This document shows, one piece after another, positions 57,034 through 64,000 of a DNA stretch of 64,000 nucleotides (its first letter is position 1; each line of letters begins with the position of its first letter). The notes under the pieces are model-generated. The model was given only the letters and a program-made list of their open reading frames with translations, was not told where the DNA came from and did not search any database. A program made the translations under genes and the position numbers. The stretch comes from a virus (taxonomy: Duplodnaviria; Heunggongvirae; Uroviricota; Caudoviricetes), in the IMG/VR virus record IMGVR_UViG_3300032167_007646, one strand, 5' to 3'.

Positions 57034-57252
57034 TTATTTAGTTTCTTTATTTACTTCTACTTCTTCAGCTTCCTCTGGAAAGGCTTTTGGCATTAAATAA
57101 ATCAATAATATTGCTATACTACCAACAAAACCCACAATGTAAATAAAAATACCTAACCAAAGATTATAATTTATTACAAACGCACTTGCAATAGTTAAAA
57201 GAAGTCCTACAAAAATCAATTTCAACATATTTATACCACCTTTATTAAACAT
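57034..57252 (-). CDS. Small membrane protein
   Basis: 72-aa ORF with two TM helices. Confidence 0.35.
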   Translation of the reverse strand: MFNKGGINMLKLIFVGLLLTIASAFVINYNLWLGIFIYIVGFVGSIAILLIYLMPKAFPEEAEEVEVNKETK

Positions 57253-57526
57253 TATTTAAGTCATCTGTAAAATTACTTATAAATACAAATAAACCCATTA
57301 TTGCAATAAGTGCTGCTACAACAAATAAAGGTATATGAACTGACATTACAAGCAACTGTAAAACTGTATGAATATAAGGGTTCTGAAAAGCTATATTGGT
57401 CCAATCCAAGCACCAATTATAAGAATTACTTAAAAGAGCACATCCTAATACTCCTATACTCATTAAAACACAACATATTACAAAACTTAAAATTAAATTT
57501 CCTATACTCTTAAATACTCTTTTCAT
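57245..57526 (-). CDS. Small membrane protein
   Basis: 93-aa hydrophobic ORF. Confidence 0.35.
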   Translation of the reverse strand: MKRVFKSIGNLILSFVICCVLMSIGVLGCALLSNSYNWCLDWTNIAFQNPYIHTVLQLLVMSVHIPLFVVAALIAIMGLFVFISNFTDDLNNV

Positions 57527-57821
57527 TTTTTACTCCTTTTTCTTCAAAACAACAACCTATAAAAACGACTATACCAACATATAATATATACGCAAAAATA
57601 CCACTTAAAATCATTGAGAGTATAACAGGTATTATCAATAAAATAATCTCTATAAAAATATTACCAAACTTTTCAACTAATTTAGTATATAACATACTTA
57701 AAAGTTCATATAAGCAATAAAAACCTGAAACTCCTATTGTACTAAACAATGTAAGTACAATTATACCAAATACTTTATCTTTTAAATTTCTTATCATATT
57801 AATACCCTCTACTCTCATCAT
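57510..57821 (-). CDS. Small membrane protein
   Basis: 103-aa hydrophobic ORF. Confidence 0.35.
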   Translation of the reverse strand: MMRVEGINMIRNLKDKVFGIIVLTLFSTIGVSGFYCLYELLSMLYTKLVEKFGNIFIEIILLIIPVILSMILSGIFAYILYVGIVVFIGCCFEEKGVKNEKSI

Positions 57822-58164
57822 TAATATGATTAAACGCTGTAAAACTACTTATAAAAATAATTATACCACTTAAACCAAATACTAAACACAAACCAAGTAT
57901 AAATAAGCCTATTGTTAAGGAAAAAATACCAAGTGTAACTGAAAAGATTAACCACCAATTACAACCTACAAGAAAAGTCCAAGTCCATTTTAATCCCATT
58001 ATTACACCATAGGCACAAATACCTGAAATACTTAATAAAAAACTACAAAGTAATAATGAACCCAATACAAACAATATTGCAGTAATTATTTTTAATTTTT
58101 TATAATCTTTATGAACGATATTAAGGTCATTACAATTTACATTTAATATACCCATTTGTTTCAA
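57799..58164 (-). CDS. Small membrane protein
   Basis: 121-aa hydrophobic ORF. Promoter at 58179-58207. Confidence 0.35.
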   Translation of the reverse strand: MKQMGILNVNCNDLNIVHKDYKKLKIITAILFVLGSLLLCSFLLSISGICAYGVIMGLKWTWTFLVGCNWWLIFSVTLGIFSLTIGLFILGLCLVFGLSGIIIFISSFTAFNHINDESRGY

Positions 58165-58178
58165 CTCCTTTTACAAGT

Positions 58179-58207
58179 ATTATAACATAAATAATACTTT
58201 TTGTCAA
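58179..58207 (-). promoter_or_regulatory. Promoter TTGACA-N17-TATAAT (TGn-extended)
   Basis: Minus-strand TTGACA at 58202-58207 and TATAAT at 58179-58184. Confidence 0.6.
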
Positions 58208-58291
58208 CATTTTTTATTAAAATTTCAATAAATTTCTTTAGTTTTACTTATTTTAACTATATTTACTTATACCTATTCATCAAACAATAAA

Positions 58292-58318
58292 GGTGGGGTT
58301 CGTGAAACGAACCCCACC
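58292..58318 (-). terminator. GC-rich perfect-hairpin terminator (family member 3)
   Basis: GGTGGGGTTCG-tgaaa-CGAACCCCACC. Confidence 0.55.
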
Positions 58319-58388
58319 ACCTAAAAATACCACTATATTATCAGCATACGCTGATTCCTGCTGGCACAATTTTTATACAATAAAACAA

Positions 58389-58763
58389 TTATCTTCTCTC
58401 TTTAACTATATACTCAACATACTCAAGAACTTCATTGGCTAAAACACGCCTATGAGGGCGTTCTGTACTTACAATACCAGAATATACAGGGTCTAAACCA
58501 TACCTCTTTGCCATTCTATTTAATATACCAATATTCTGAATAACTATATTATGACAATTAGTTCTCCTTGTATCATAATTTGTTAAAGTATATTGATAAT
58601 CCGCTATACTCATATCTTTATCCTTAAATCTTAAAAATGTTTCCATATGATAAATTATACTATGATACTCATGAAAACTCTTTACACACGATTGAATCAT
58701 TTCCAACTCCATACCATCACTACAAACATCAAATAATTTATTTATTACTTCTGCATTTATCAT
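58389..58763 (-). CDS. Hypothetical protein with a possible HEPN-like Rx4-6H motif; start moved to MINAEV
   Basis: 'TRRTNCHN'. RBS GGAAAGGGG before the internal Met. Weak call. Confidence 0.25.
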   Translation of the reverse strand: MINAEVINKLFDVCSDGMELEMIQSCVKSFHEYHSIIYHMETFLRFKDKDMSIADYQYTLTNYDTRRTNCHNIVIQNIGILNRMAKRYGLDPVYSGIVSTERPHRRVLANEVLEYVEYIVKERR

Positions 58764-58779
58764 TATAATAACCCCTTTC

Positions 58780-59499
58780 CTATCTATTACACAAAATTTC
58801 TTCTGCTCTACGAATAATGTCATCTGTTGGTAAAGGTGTTTTCTCTAAAACATAATCTATACCTAACTTTTTATATTTTTCTATACCCATATTGTGATAA
58901 GGTAATACTTCAACTCTATCAACATTACCCAAACTATCTATAAAATCACGCAAACGAAACATATCTAACTCATTATCTGTCAAATCTGGAACTAACACAT
59001 ATCTTATCCAAACTTTTTTACCCTTTCTATCCAAATAACGAGCAAATTTCAATACACTTTCATTTGATACCCCTGTTAATTTCTTATGGACTTCAAGGTT
59101 TATATGTTTTATATCTAATAAAAATAAATCCACAAATTTTACTAATTCATCAAACTTTTTAACATACTCCCAATTAAATAAATAGCCACTTGTATCTACT
59201 GCTACATTATAACCCTTTTCTTTTAACACACGACACAATTCTATCAAAAAGTCTAATTGAACCAAAGGCTCACCACCTGATATTGTTACACCACCATTTG
59301 TCATATAATAACTCTTATTCTTTTCTACTAATTTTACTATTTCTTCAATACTATAATCCTTACACCTATCTAAAAACCAACTCTCAGGATTATGACAATA
59401 TTGACACCTTAAAGGACAACCACCCATAAATAATACAAATCTTATTCCTGGTCCATCTACTGTACCAAAATTCTCATAAGAACTTATTTTTCCTATCAT
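58780..59499 (-). CDS. Glycyl-radical-enzyme activating protein (PflA/NrdG-like radical SAM)
   Basis: 'GTVDGPGIRFVLFMGGCPLRCQYCHNPESW' matches the PflA/NrdG cluster motif. Confidence 0.75.
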   Translation of the reverse strand: MIGKISSYENFGTVDGPGIRFVLFMGGCPLRCQYCHNPESWFLDRCKDYSIEEIVKLVEKNKSYYMTNGGVTISGGEPLVQLDFLIELCRVLKEKGYNVAVDTSGYLFNWEYVKKFDELVKFVDLFLLDIKHINLEVHKKLTGVSNESVLKFARYLDRKGKKVWIRYVLVPDLTDNELDMFRLRDFIDSLGNVDRVEVLPYHNMGIEKYKKLGIDYVLEKTPLPTDDIIRRAEEILCNR

Positions 59500-59510
59500 T
59501 TAATCACCCT

Positions 59511-59954
59511 CTACGCCAAAGCATCACTTAATATTTTATCTAATAACTCATTAAACTCTTTATATTCATCCAATTTTTCTTTTGCCAAATAATCATATTC
59601 AAAATAGCTACGAGTTGAATAATCATAAATATACCATATATCTTCACTTTCACCTATAACAATACTATCTGGCACTTCTTTATCAAAATTATTCAAACAA
59701 AAACCATATATCTCCTGATTTGGAACAAAATACGACACTGTATCATCAACACCATAAATTATATAACCATTAAACTCCAAACCATTTACCATACTTAAAA
59801 ATTTCACATAATCATAAGGCAAACTTGCACCAAAACCTTTTACTTTTATAGCTCTATTAAACCTTTTTAAGATTTTTTCTTCTACACCTTTATTTAATTT
59901 TTCATTATACAATGATAGTTCTTCTTTAATCTTATTTAATTTATCTAACCACAT
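59511..59954 (-). CDS. SMI1/KNR4 (SUKH-1)-like protein
   Basis: 'GASLPYDYVKFLSMVNGLEFNGYIIYG' fits the LPxxYxxFLxxxNG signature. Confidence 0.4.
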   Translation of the reverse strand: MWLDKLNKIKEELSLYNEKLNKGVEEKILKRFNRAIKVKGFGASLPYDYVKFLSMVNGLEFNGYIIYGVDDTVSYFVPNQEIYGFCLNNFDKEVPDSIVIGESEDIWYIYDYSTRSYFEYDYLAKEKLDEYKEFNELLDKILSDALA

Positions 59955-60139
59955 ATCACTAAACCAGCCTTAAATAAAAATAATTTATAATTACCCAAAT
60001 TAATACTTTTCACATGTCTTTATTTATGACCAAGAAAAGCTGTAATGTCAACTAAATAATTAACACATGCCTTTTATTAAACATATCACCTAAACAAAAA
60101 ACCTTTTACTGTTATTACAATAAAAGGCTTTAACTTTAA

Positions 60140-60502
60140 TTATTCTTTAATATACCAAACACAAACTACTTTGTCATTTTCATTATCAAAGAAAGACCAA
60201 TAATATTTATCCTCTACATACAAATAATGACCTAACACACATACTATGCACTTTTCAATATTTGTACTCATAAACTCTTTCAAAGTAATTCTGTCTGTTC
60301 TTTTATAATACACCTTTTTCTTTATAGGTAACTTTGAACGAATAAACTTATTCATTTCATCTAAATTCAAGTAACCATCTTCTTTATACCCACTTAATTC
60401 CTCAAACTCAAAACTTTTACCATATAAATTTTCATAAGCCACACCTACACTAACATAAGAACAAGGCATACAATTATAAATATCTCTTGGAAAATATCTC
60501 AT
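60140..60502 (-). CDS. Hypothetical protein
   Basis: 120-aa ORF. Confidence 0.3.
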   Translation of the reverse strand: MRYFPRDIYNCMPCSYVSVGVAYENLYGKSFEFEELSGYKEDGYLNLDEMNKFIRSKLPIKKKVYYKRTDRITLKEFMSTNIEKCIVCVLGHYLYVEDKYYWSFFDNENDKVVCVWYIKE

Positions 60503-60505
60503 AAC

Positions 60506-60742
60506 TTATCTCTCCAAATCATTGTATCTAAATACATCTAATTCACCATTATATTCAAATACTTCTTCACAATTATCAAAGAAACGAAGTTTACCTATTC
60601 TTTCATAATCTGATTTTACACAAACTGCTACTTTATCAGAAGTACCCATATTTACATAAGTCTTATCTATAAGCATATAAACATTACTATCTGTTGGAAC
60701 CTGAAATAAATCCCCAACATTTAACTCTAATACTTTTTTCAT
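60506..60742 (-). CDS. Hypothetical protein
   Basis: 78-aa ORF. Confidence 0.3.
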   Translation of the reverse strand: MKKVLELNVGDLFQVPTDSNVYMLIDKTYVNMGTSDKVAVCVKSDYERIGKLRFFDNCEEVFEYNGELDVFRYNDLER

Positions 60743-60759
60743 TTGTAATTTTCTCCTTA

Positions 60760-61254
60760 TTACTTATCTTCAAATTTTTCAAAAAAGTGCATTGAACCTT
60801 TTGCTAAATCTTCTGTATCAAATATATCATAAATACTCTTACCATCACAAATACTTATAAATAAATGACCATCATCATTTATATAAGTTTCCATATTTTT
60901 ATTTCTTGCACCTATATCATCTGATTCCGAATTATAATCTACATAAATTGTTTCACTTTCATCATTATCATAAGTAATATCAAAATATGTAATATCATTG
61001 TACTTTCTAATTCTATCAAAAATAAACTCTTTATCAAAATGTTCTACACCAAAAGGCTGATACTCTTTATTAGCATTTTTAGAAATACAAATTGCACAAC
61101 TATCAGTATATCTTGATGCTGCTAAACAATTTATAGCTTTTCTACTTATTCTCTCTTTAATATTCTCTAAAGAGAAAACATATAAATAACCTATTGGTAT
61201 TTCAATAACTTCACAATTCTCAAATACAAATTCAACTTTCTTAATTTTTTTCAT
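60760..61254 (-). CDS. Hypothetical protein
   Basis: 164-aa ORF. Upstream promoter is TTGATT-N17-TATAAT. Confidence 0.35.
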   Translation of the reverse strand: MKKIKKVEFVFENCEVIEIPIGYLYVFSLENIKERISRKAINCLAASRYTDSCAICISKNANKEYQPFGVEHFDKEFIFDRIRKYNDITYFDITYDNDESETIYVDYNSESDDIGARNKNMETYINDDGHLFISICDGKSIYDIFDTEDLAKGSMHFFEKFEDK

Positions 61255-61410
61255 AATAAAAAATCACCTCTTGATATTATATATTCTATTATAACACAGA
61301 ATATGACTAAAATCAATAGGTAAAATTAAAAAATATTTAATTTAAAATACAACATATTATAACTTTATAGTAAAAATAAATTTATATAAAAATTATCTAA
61401 AAATATTTAA

Positions 61411-61445
61411 AATAAAAAAGCATTTATCATTGATTTAACAATAAA
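61411..61445 (-). terminator. Intrinsic terminator
   Basis: Hairpin AAGCATTTAT...ATAAATGCTT followed by a U-run on the minus strand. Confidence 0.5.
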
Positions 61446-61538
61446 TGCTTAAAACAAAATACATTGTTAAATTATTCCTTGTAATTCCAACAAATAAATA
61501 ACTTTTTTAAAAAATTTATAAAAATTATTTAAATTAAA

Positions 61539-61709
61539 CATAAAATATAACTACCTACTATATTTATTACTGCTACTATTATACTTGTTACACAAGCAAC
61601 TACACCAATATTTTTAGAAGTTAAACTAATTCTAAATCCTCTTACAATAATATAAACACACAATACTACCTGTAATATAAATAATAATATTTTTAACATA
61701 ATACCACCT
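61539..61709 (-). CDS. Small hydrophobic peptide (56 aa; MLKILLFILQVVLCVYIIV...)
   Basis: Hand translation. RBS GGTGG 5 nt upstream of the ATG. Confidence 0.25.
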
Positions 61710-61717
61710 ACATCATA

Positions 61718-61804
61718 TCTACAATATCAGGTCCAAAACTTAAGCCAAACAATATTGCAATTATTACTCCAACAATAATACCTAAAATTTCCATATCCAC
61801 ATTA
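61718..61804 (-). CDS. Small hydrophobic peptide (28 aa; MEILGIIVGVIIAILFGLSFGPDIVDMM)
   Basis: Hand translation. RBS AGGTGG. Confidence 0.25.
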
Positions 61805-62080
61805 CCACCTTAATATAAAATAAAAAATAATTATATTTACTGTAAAAAGTATTATACCTATACTCCTTACAAAATTGACTTCCAATTTTGTATTATAACC
61901 TTTCACTAATCTTCTATTTCCTAATGCCATAACCCATCTTGCATATATTAATTCACTAACAAAAGATAGAATAAATACAATAATAGATTTTAACAAAGTA
62001 AATAATAAAAACTGTAACAATTTAACACACTTCTTTCTTAATATTAAATATATTATATCATAAAATATAACTTTTGTCAA
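61802..62080 (-). CDS. Small membrane protein
   Basis: 92-aa hydrophobic ORF. Confidence 0.3.
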   Translation of the reverse strand: MTKVIFYDIIYLILRKKCVKLLQFLLFTLLKSIIVFILSFVSELIYARWVMALGNRRLVKGYNTKLEVNFVRSIGIILFTVNIIIFYFILRW

Positions 62081-62125
62081 TCAAATATAATAAAAAAAAT
62101 AAAGTAGTGAATTAATTTCACTACT

Positions 62126-62425
62126 TTATTTGCTCTCTTTATTAACTACTTTTTTCTTTTTTATATGTCTTTCATATGCTTTCTTATAATCATGTTCACA
62201 TTTCAAATATGCTTTTCTACCACATACTGGACAAATCAACTTTCTTTTCTTTGGAGTATGAGGTGCTAAAACATATTCCTTAAAAGGTGGCCTAAAACAA
62301 ATACCACAACAATCACATTCCCACTCACTTGATAAATAATCTACTTTTACCAAAGCATAAGCCAATGCAGTAGATAAACTACCTACTATCAACCCTGTTA
62401 CAAAATCTTTTTTCATATTTATCAA
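62126..62425 (-). CDS. Membrane-anchored zinc-ribbon protein
   Basis: N-terminal TM, then 'CDCCGICF...CPVCGRK...CEH'. Confidence 0.35.
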   Translation of the reverse strand: MINMKKDFVTGLIVGSLSTALAYALVKVDYLSSEWECDCCGICFRPPFKEYVLAPHTPKKRKLICPVCGRKAYLKCEHDYKKAYERHIKKKKVVNKESK

Positions 62426-62439
62426 CTCCTTAAATAATA

Positions 62440-64000
62440 TTAATTTAATATAACATACCTATAACCACCAATACCATTCTGATTACGAGTTATGTTGAAA
62501 TTTTCATAATTTAAATCTCTATAAAATATATTATTACCAAATTGATTATATTCAAGAACCAAAGAGTCATATTCAAAAACATCTAATGAAGAAATTTTTT
62601 TCAATTCTTCATAATTTTCAGAAGAGAAAACAAACCTTATATGAGAAGAATTTACCTTTTTTTCTTTTATATAATCTATTAATTTTAATCCAAAATCTAA
62701 CTTTTCTTCTTTTGATATATCTTTATTAATTACAACAGTTAATATATATGGATTATACTTACTTTTAACTAATTTATCTATACCATTATCTATTTCTACT
62801 TTTCTATCATATTTATCTACTTTACCACTCAATATACTAAAAATATTTATAGGAATACAAGAAGAGTCATATATTAAAGGTTTGCAATAAACCTCGTATT
62901 CACAATCTATTATATCTGAAAACAAATTAGAATAATAAGTTTCTGCTTCTTTATTATATTTAGAAATAACATAAGTATCAGTTTCCAAGTCCTTTAATTG
63001 TATATGAGAATAAGAACTTAAATCAATATTGAAAAATAACTGTTCTAATTTTTCACCAATACTTAAATTACCATCTTTTGTTTCACCTGCATTACTTAAA
63101 TAAGTATAACCTACAATAGAATCTAATTTTTTTGAATAAAACCACAAATTATAATTTGTATGATATTTTACAGTTTCTTCTTCTATTGTTATTTCTTTTA
63201 TACCATCATAAGGAAAATATGCGTCTTCTATATCTACTATTTCAAAAGTATCATCAGAATATTTATTAGATAGATATAATAATCCTTTATCTATTTTTTC
63301 TCCTATCAATTTTTCATAGTCTAACGTTGGTTTTACCCATTCTTTTAAAAAAGTTACTTCATTATTTTCTTCTATTACTTTAGACAAATAATATGTTGTA
63401 CCAAATTTTGATTTATCCTCTATATTCGACATAAATAATGCATTAGATGGGAAAAAACTCACAGAAATAAAATAATTTTTTGAATCAAATGTTTTACTTA
63501 TTTCTTCTATAATAGACTCATTTTCTATATCATTATTTCCTTTTAAATCTGCATTTTTATTTATATTCATAATAATATTTATCATATCTAAATTTTTTAA
63601 ATACTCTTTAAAAGAAACATTTCCTATATCTTTATTTAAGTTAGAAAAAACTTCAACTGAAACTTCAGTATTAAACAATTCAGAAGCTAATTTTGTATAA
63701 TATTTCTTCAAATCAGGATAATACTTATAATCCAAATAATCATCCGTCAAAATATATGAATTATCAGGCATTATATATAAATAAACTCTGCACCTACCTG
63801 TTACATCAAATTGAAAACTTCTTATAGAGTTCAAATACTCTGATTCTAAATTTAATTCACATCTACCTATAAAATCAGACTCTTGTTCCTCATGATAACT
63901 GAAATAATACGCTTTAAATGAATCTTCTACAAACTTATTCTCAATATAATTTAACATCAACTCTGCATATTTGTCTCTATACTCCTTATCCTCATCTAAA
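62440..64000 (-). CDS. Hypothetical protein, 5'-partial (the reading frame stays open to the window edge)
   Basis: ORF of more than 506 aa. The upstream frame '...LDEDKEYRDKYAEL' continues to position 64000 without a stop. Confidence 0.4.
   Translation of the reverse strand, partial: LDEDKEYRDKYAELMLNYIENKFVEDSFKAYYFSYHEEQESDFIGRCELNLESEYLNSIRSFQFDVTGRCRVYLYIMPDNSYILTDDYLDYKYYPDLKKYYTKLASELFNTEVSVEVFSNLNKDIGNVSFKEYLKNLDMINIIMNINKNADLKGNNDIENESIIEEISKTFDSKNYFISVSFFPSNALFMSNIEDKSKFGTTYYLSKVIEENNEVTFLKEWVKPTLDYEKLIGEKIDKGLLYLSNKYSDDTFEIVDIEDAYFPYDGIKEITIEEETVKYHTNYNLWFYSKKLDSIVGYTYLSNAGETKDGNLSIGEKLEQLFFNIDLSSYSHIQLKDLETDTYVISKYNKEAETYYSNLFSDIIDCEYEVYCKPLIYDSSCIPINIFSILSGKVDKYDRKVEIDNGIDKLVKSKYNPYILTVVINKDISKEEKLDFGLKLIDYIKEKKVNSSHIRFVFSSENYEELKKISSLDVFEYDSLVLEYNQFGNNIFYRDLNYENFNITRNQNGIGGYRYVILN

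Overview
This 64-kb window is AT-rich (by eye roughly 70% A+T) and reads like low-GC Firmicutes/Clostridia-type DNA. Every credible gene, about 95 CDS, lies on the minus strand. All plus-strand ORFs in the track look like antisense shadow ORFs. The content looks like a large phage or phage-derived mobile element rather than core chromosome. The phage-like genes are: two DNA methyltransferases (a C5-cytosine enzyme and an N4/N6 enzyme), thymidine kinase, a NUDIX hydrolase, a Pth2-type peptidyl-tRNA hydrolase, a metallophosphoesterase, an M23 peptidase, a GH73 glucosaminidase, a glycyl-radical activase, and two helicases. The UvrD/PcrA-like helicase and the C5-methyltransferase each carry an in-frame mini-intein inside a catalytic motif. 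The window also holds host-like cargo: a MarR regulator, a HlyD-type adaptor, a MacB-like ABC exporter and an SLH-domain surface protein. Further cargo includes a CPA2-type antiporter, a PstS-like binding protein, a flotillin and a BI-1-family membrane protein. At least 15 promoters match TTGACA-N17-TATAAT almost perfectly, often with a TGn extension. A family of GC-rich perfect-hairpin terminators is scattered through the window. The most unusual region is a roughly 8.7-kb single-promoter operon (about 32.85–41.59 kb). It runs: three small paralogous membrane peptides, a SPASM-domain radical-SAM-like enzyme with a non-canonical N-terminal cysteine motif, then four tandem paralogs that all begin with a conserved '[KR]xDFVTNSSSSSF' tag. 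The operon continues with an LRR protein, a zinc-ribbon protein and an L,D-transpeptidase. It ends in a Cys/Asp-repeat tail peptide that is split from the preceding ORF by a 1-nt homopolymer frameshift. Three other notable items follow. There is an array of at least seven promoter–terminator units of about 60–230 nt with no ORFs (54.5–56.7 kb), which I read as candidate small RNAs in an early or host-takeover-like region. There is a DExH helicase fused to 11 tandem Myb/SANT-like repeats, flanked by paralogous wHTH+zinc-ribbon regulators. Near those regulators are TATGTCMAAA operator-like motifs. All functional calls rest on motif recognition by eye; I ran no database searches.
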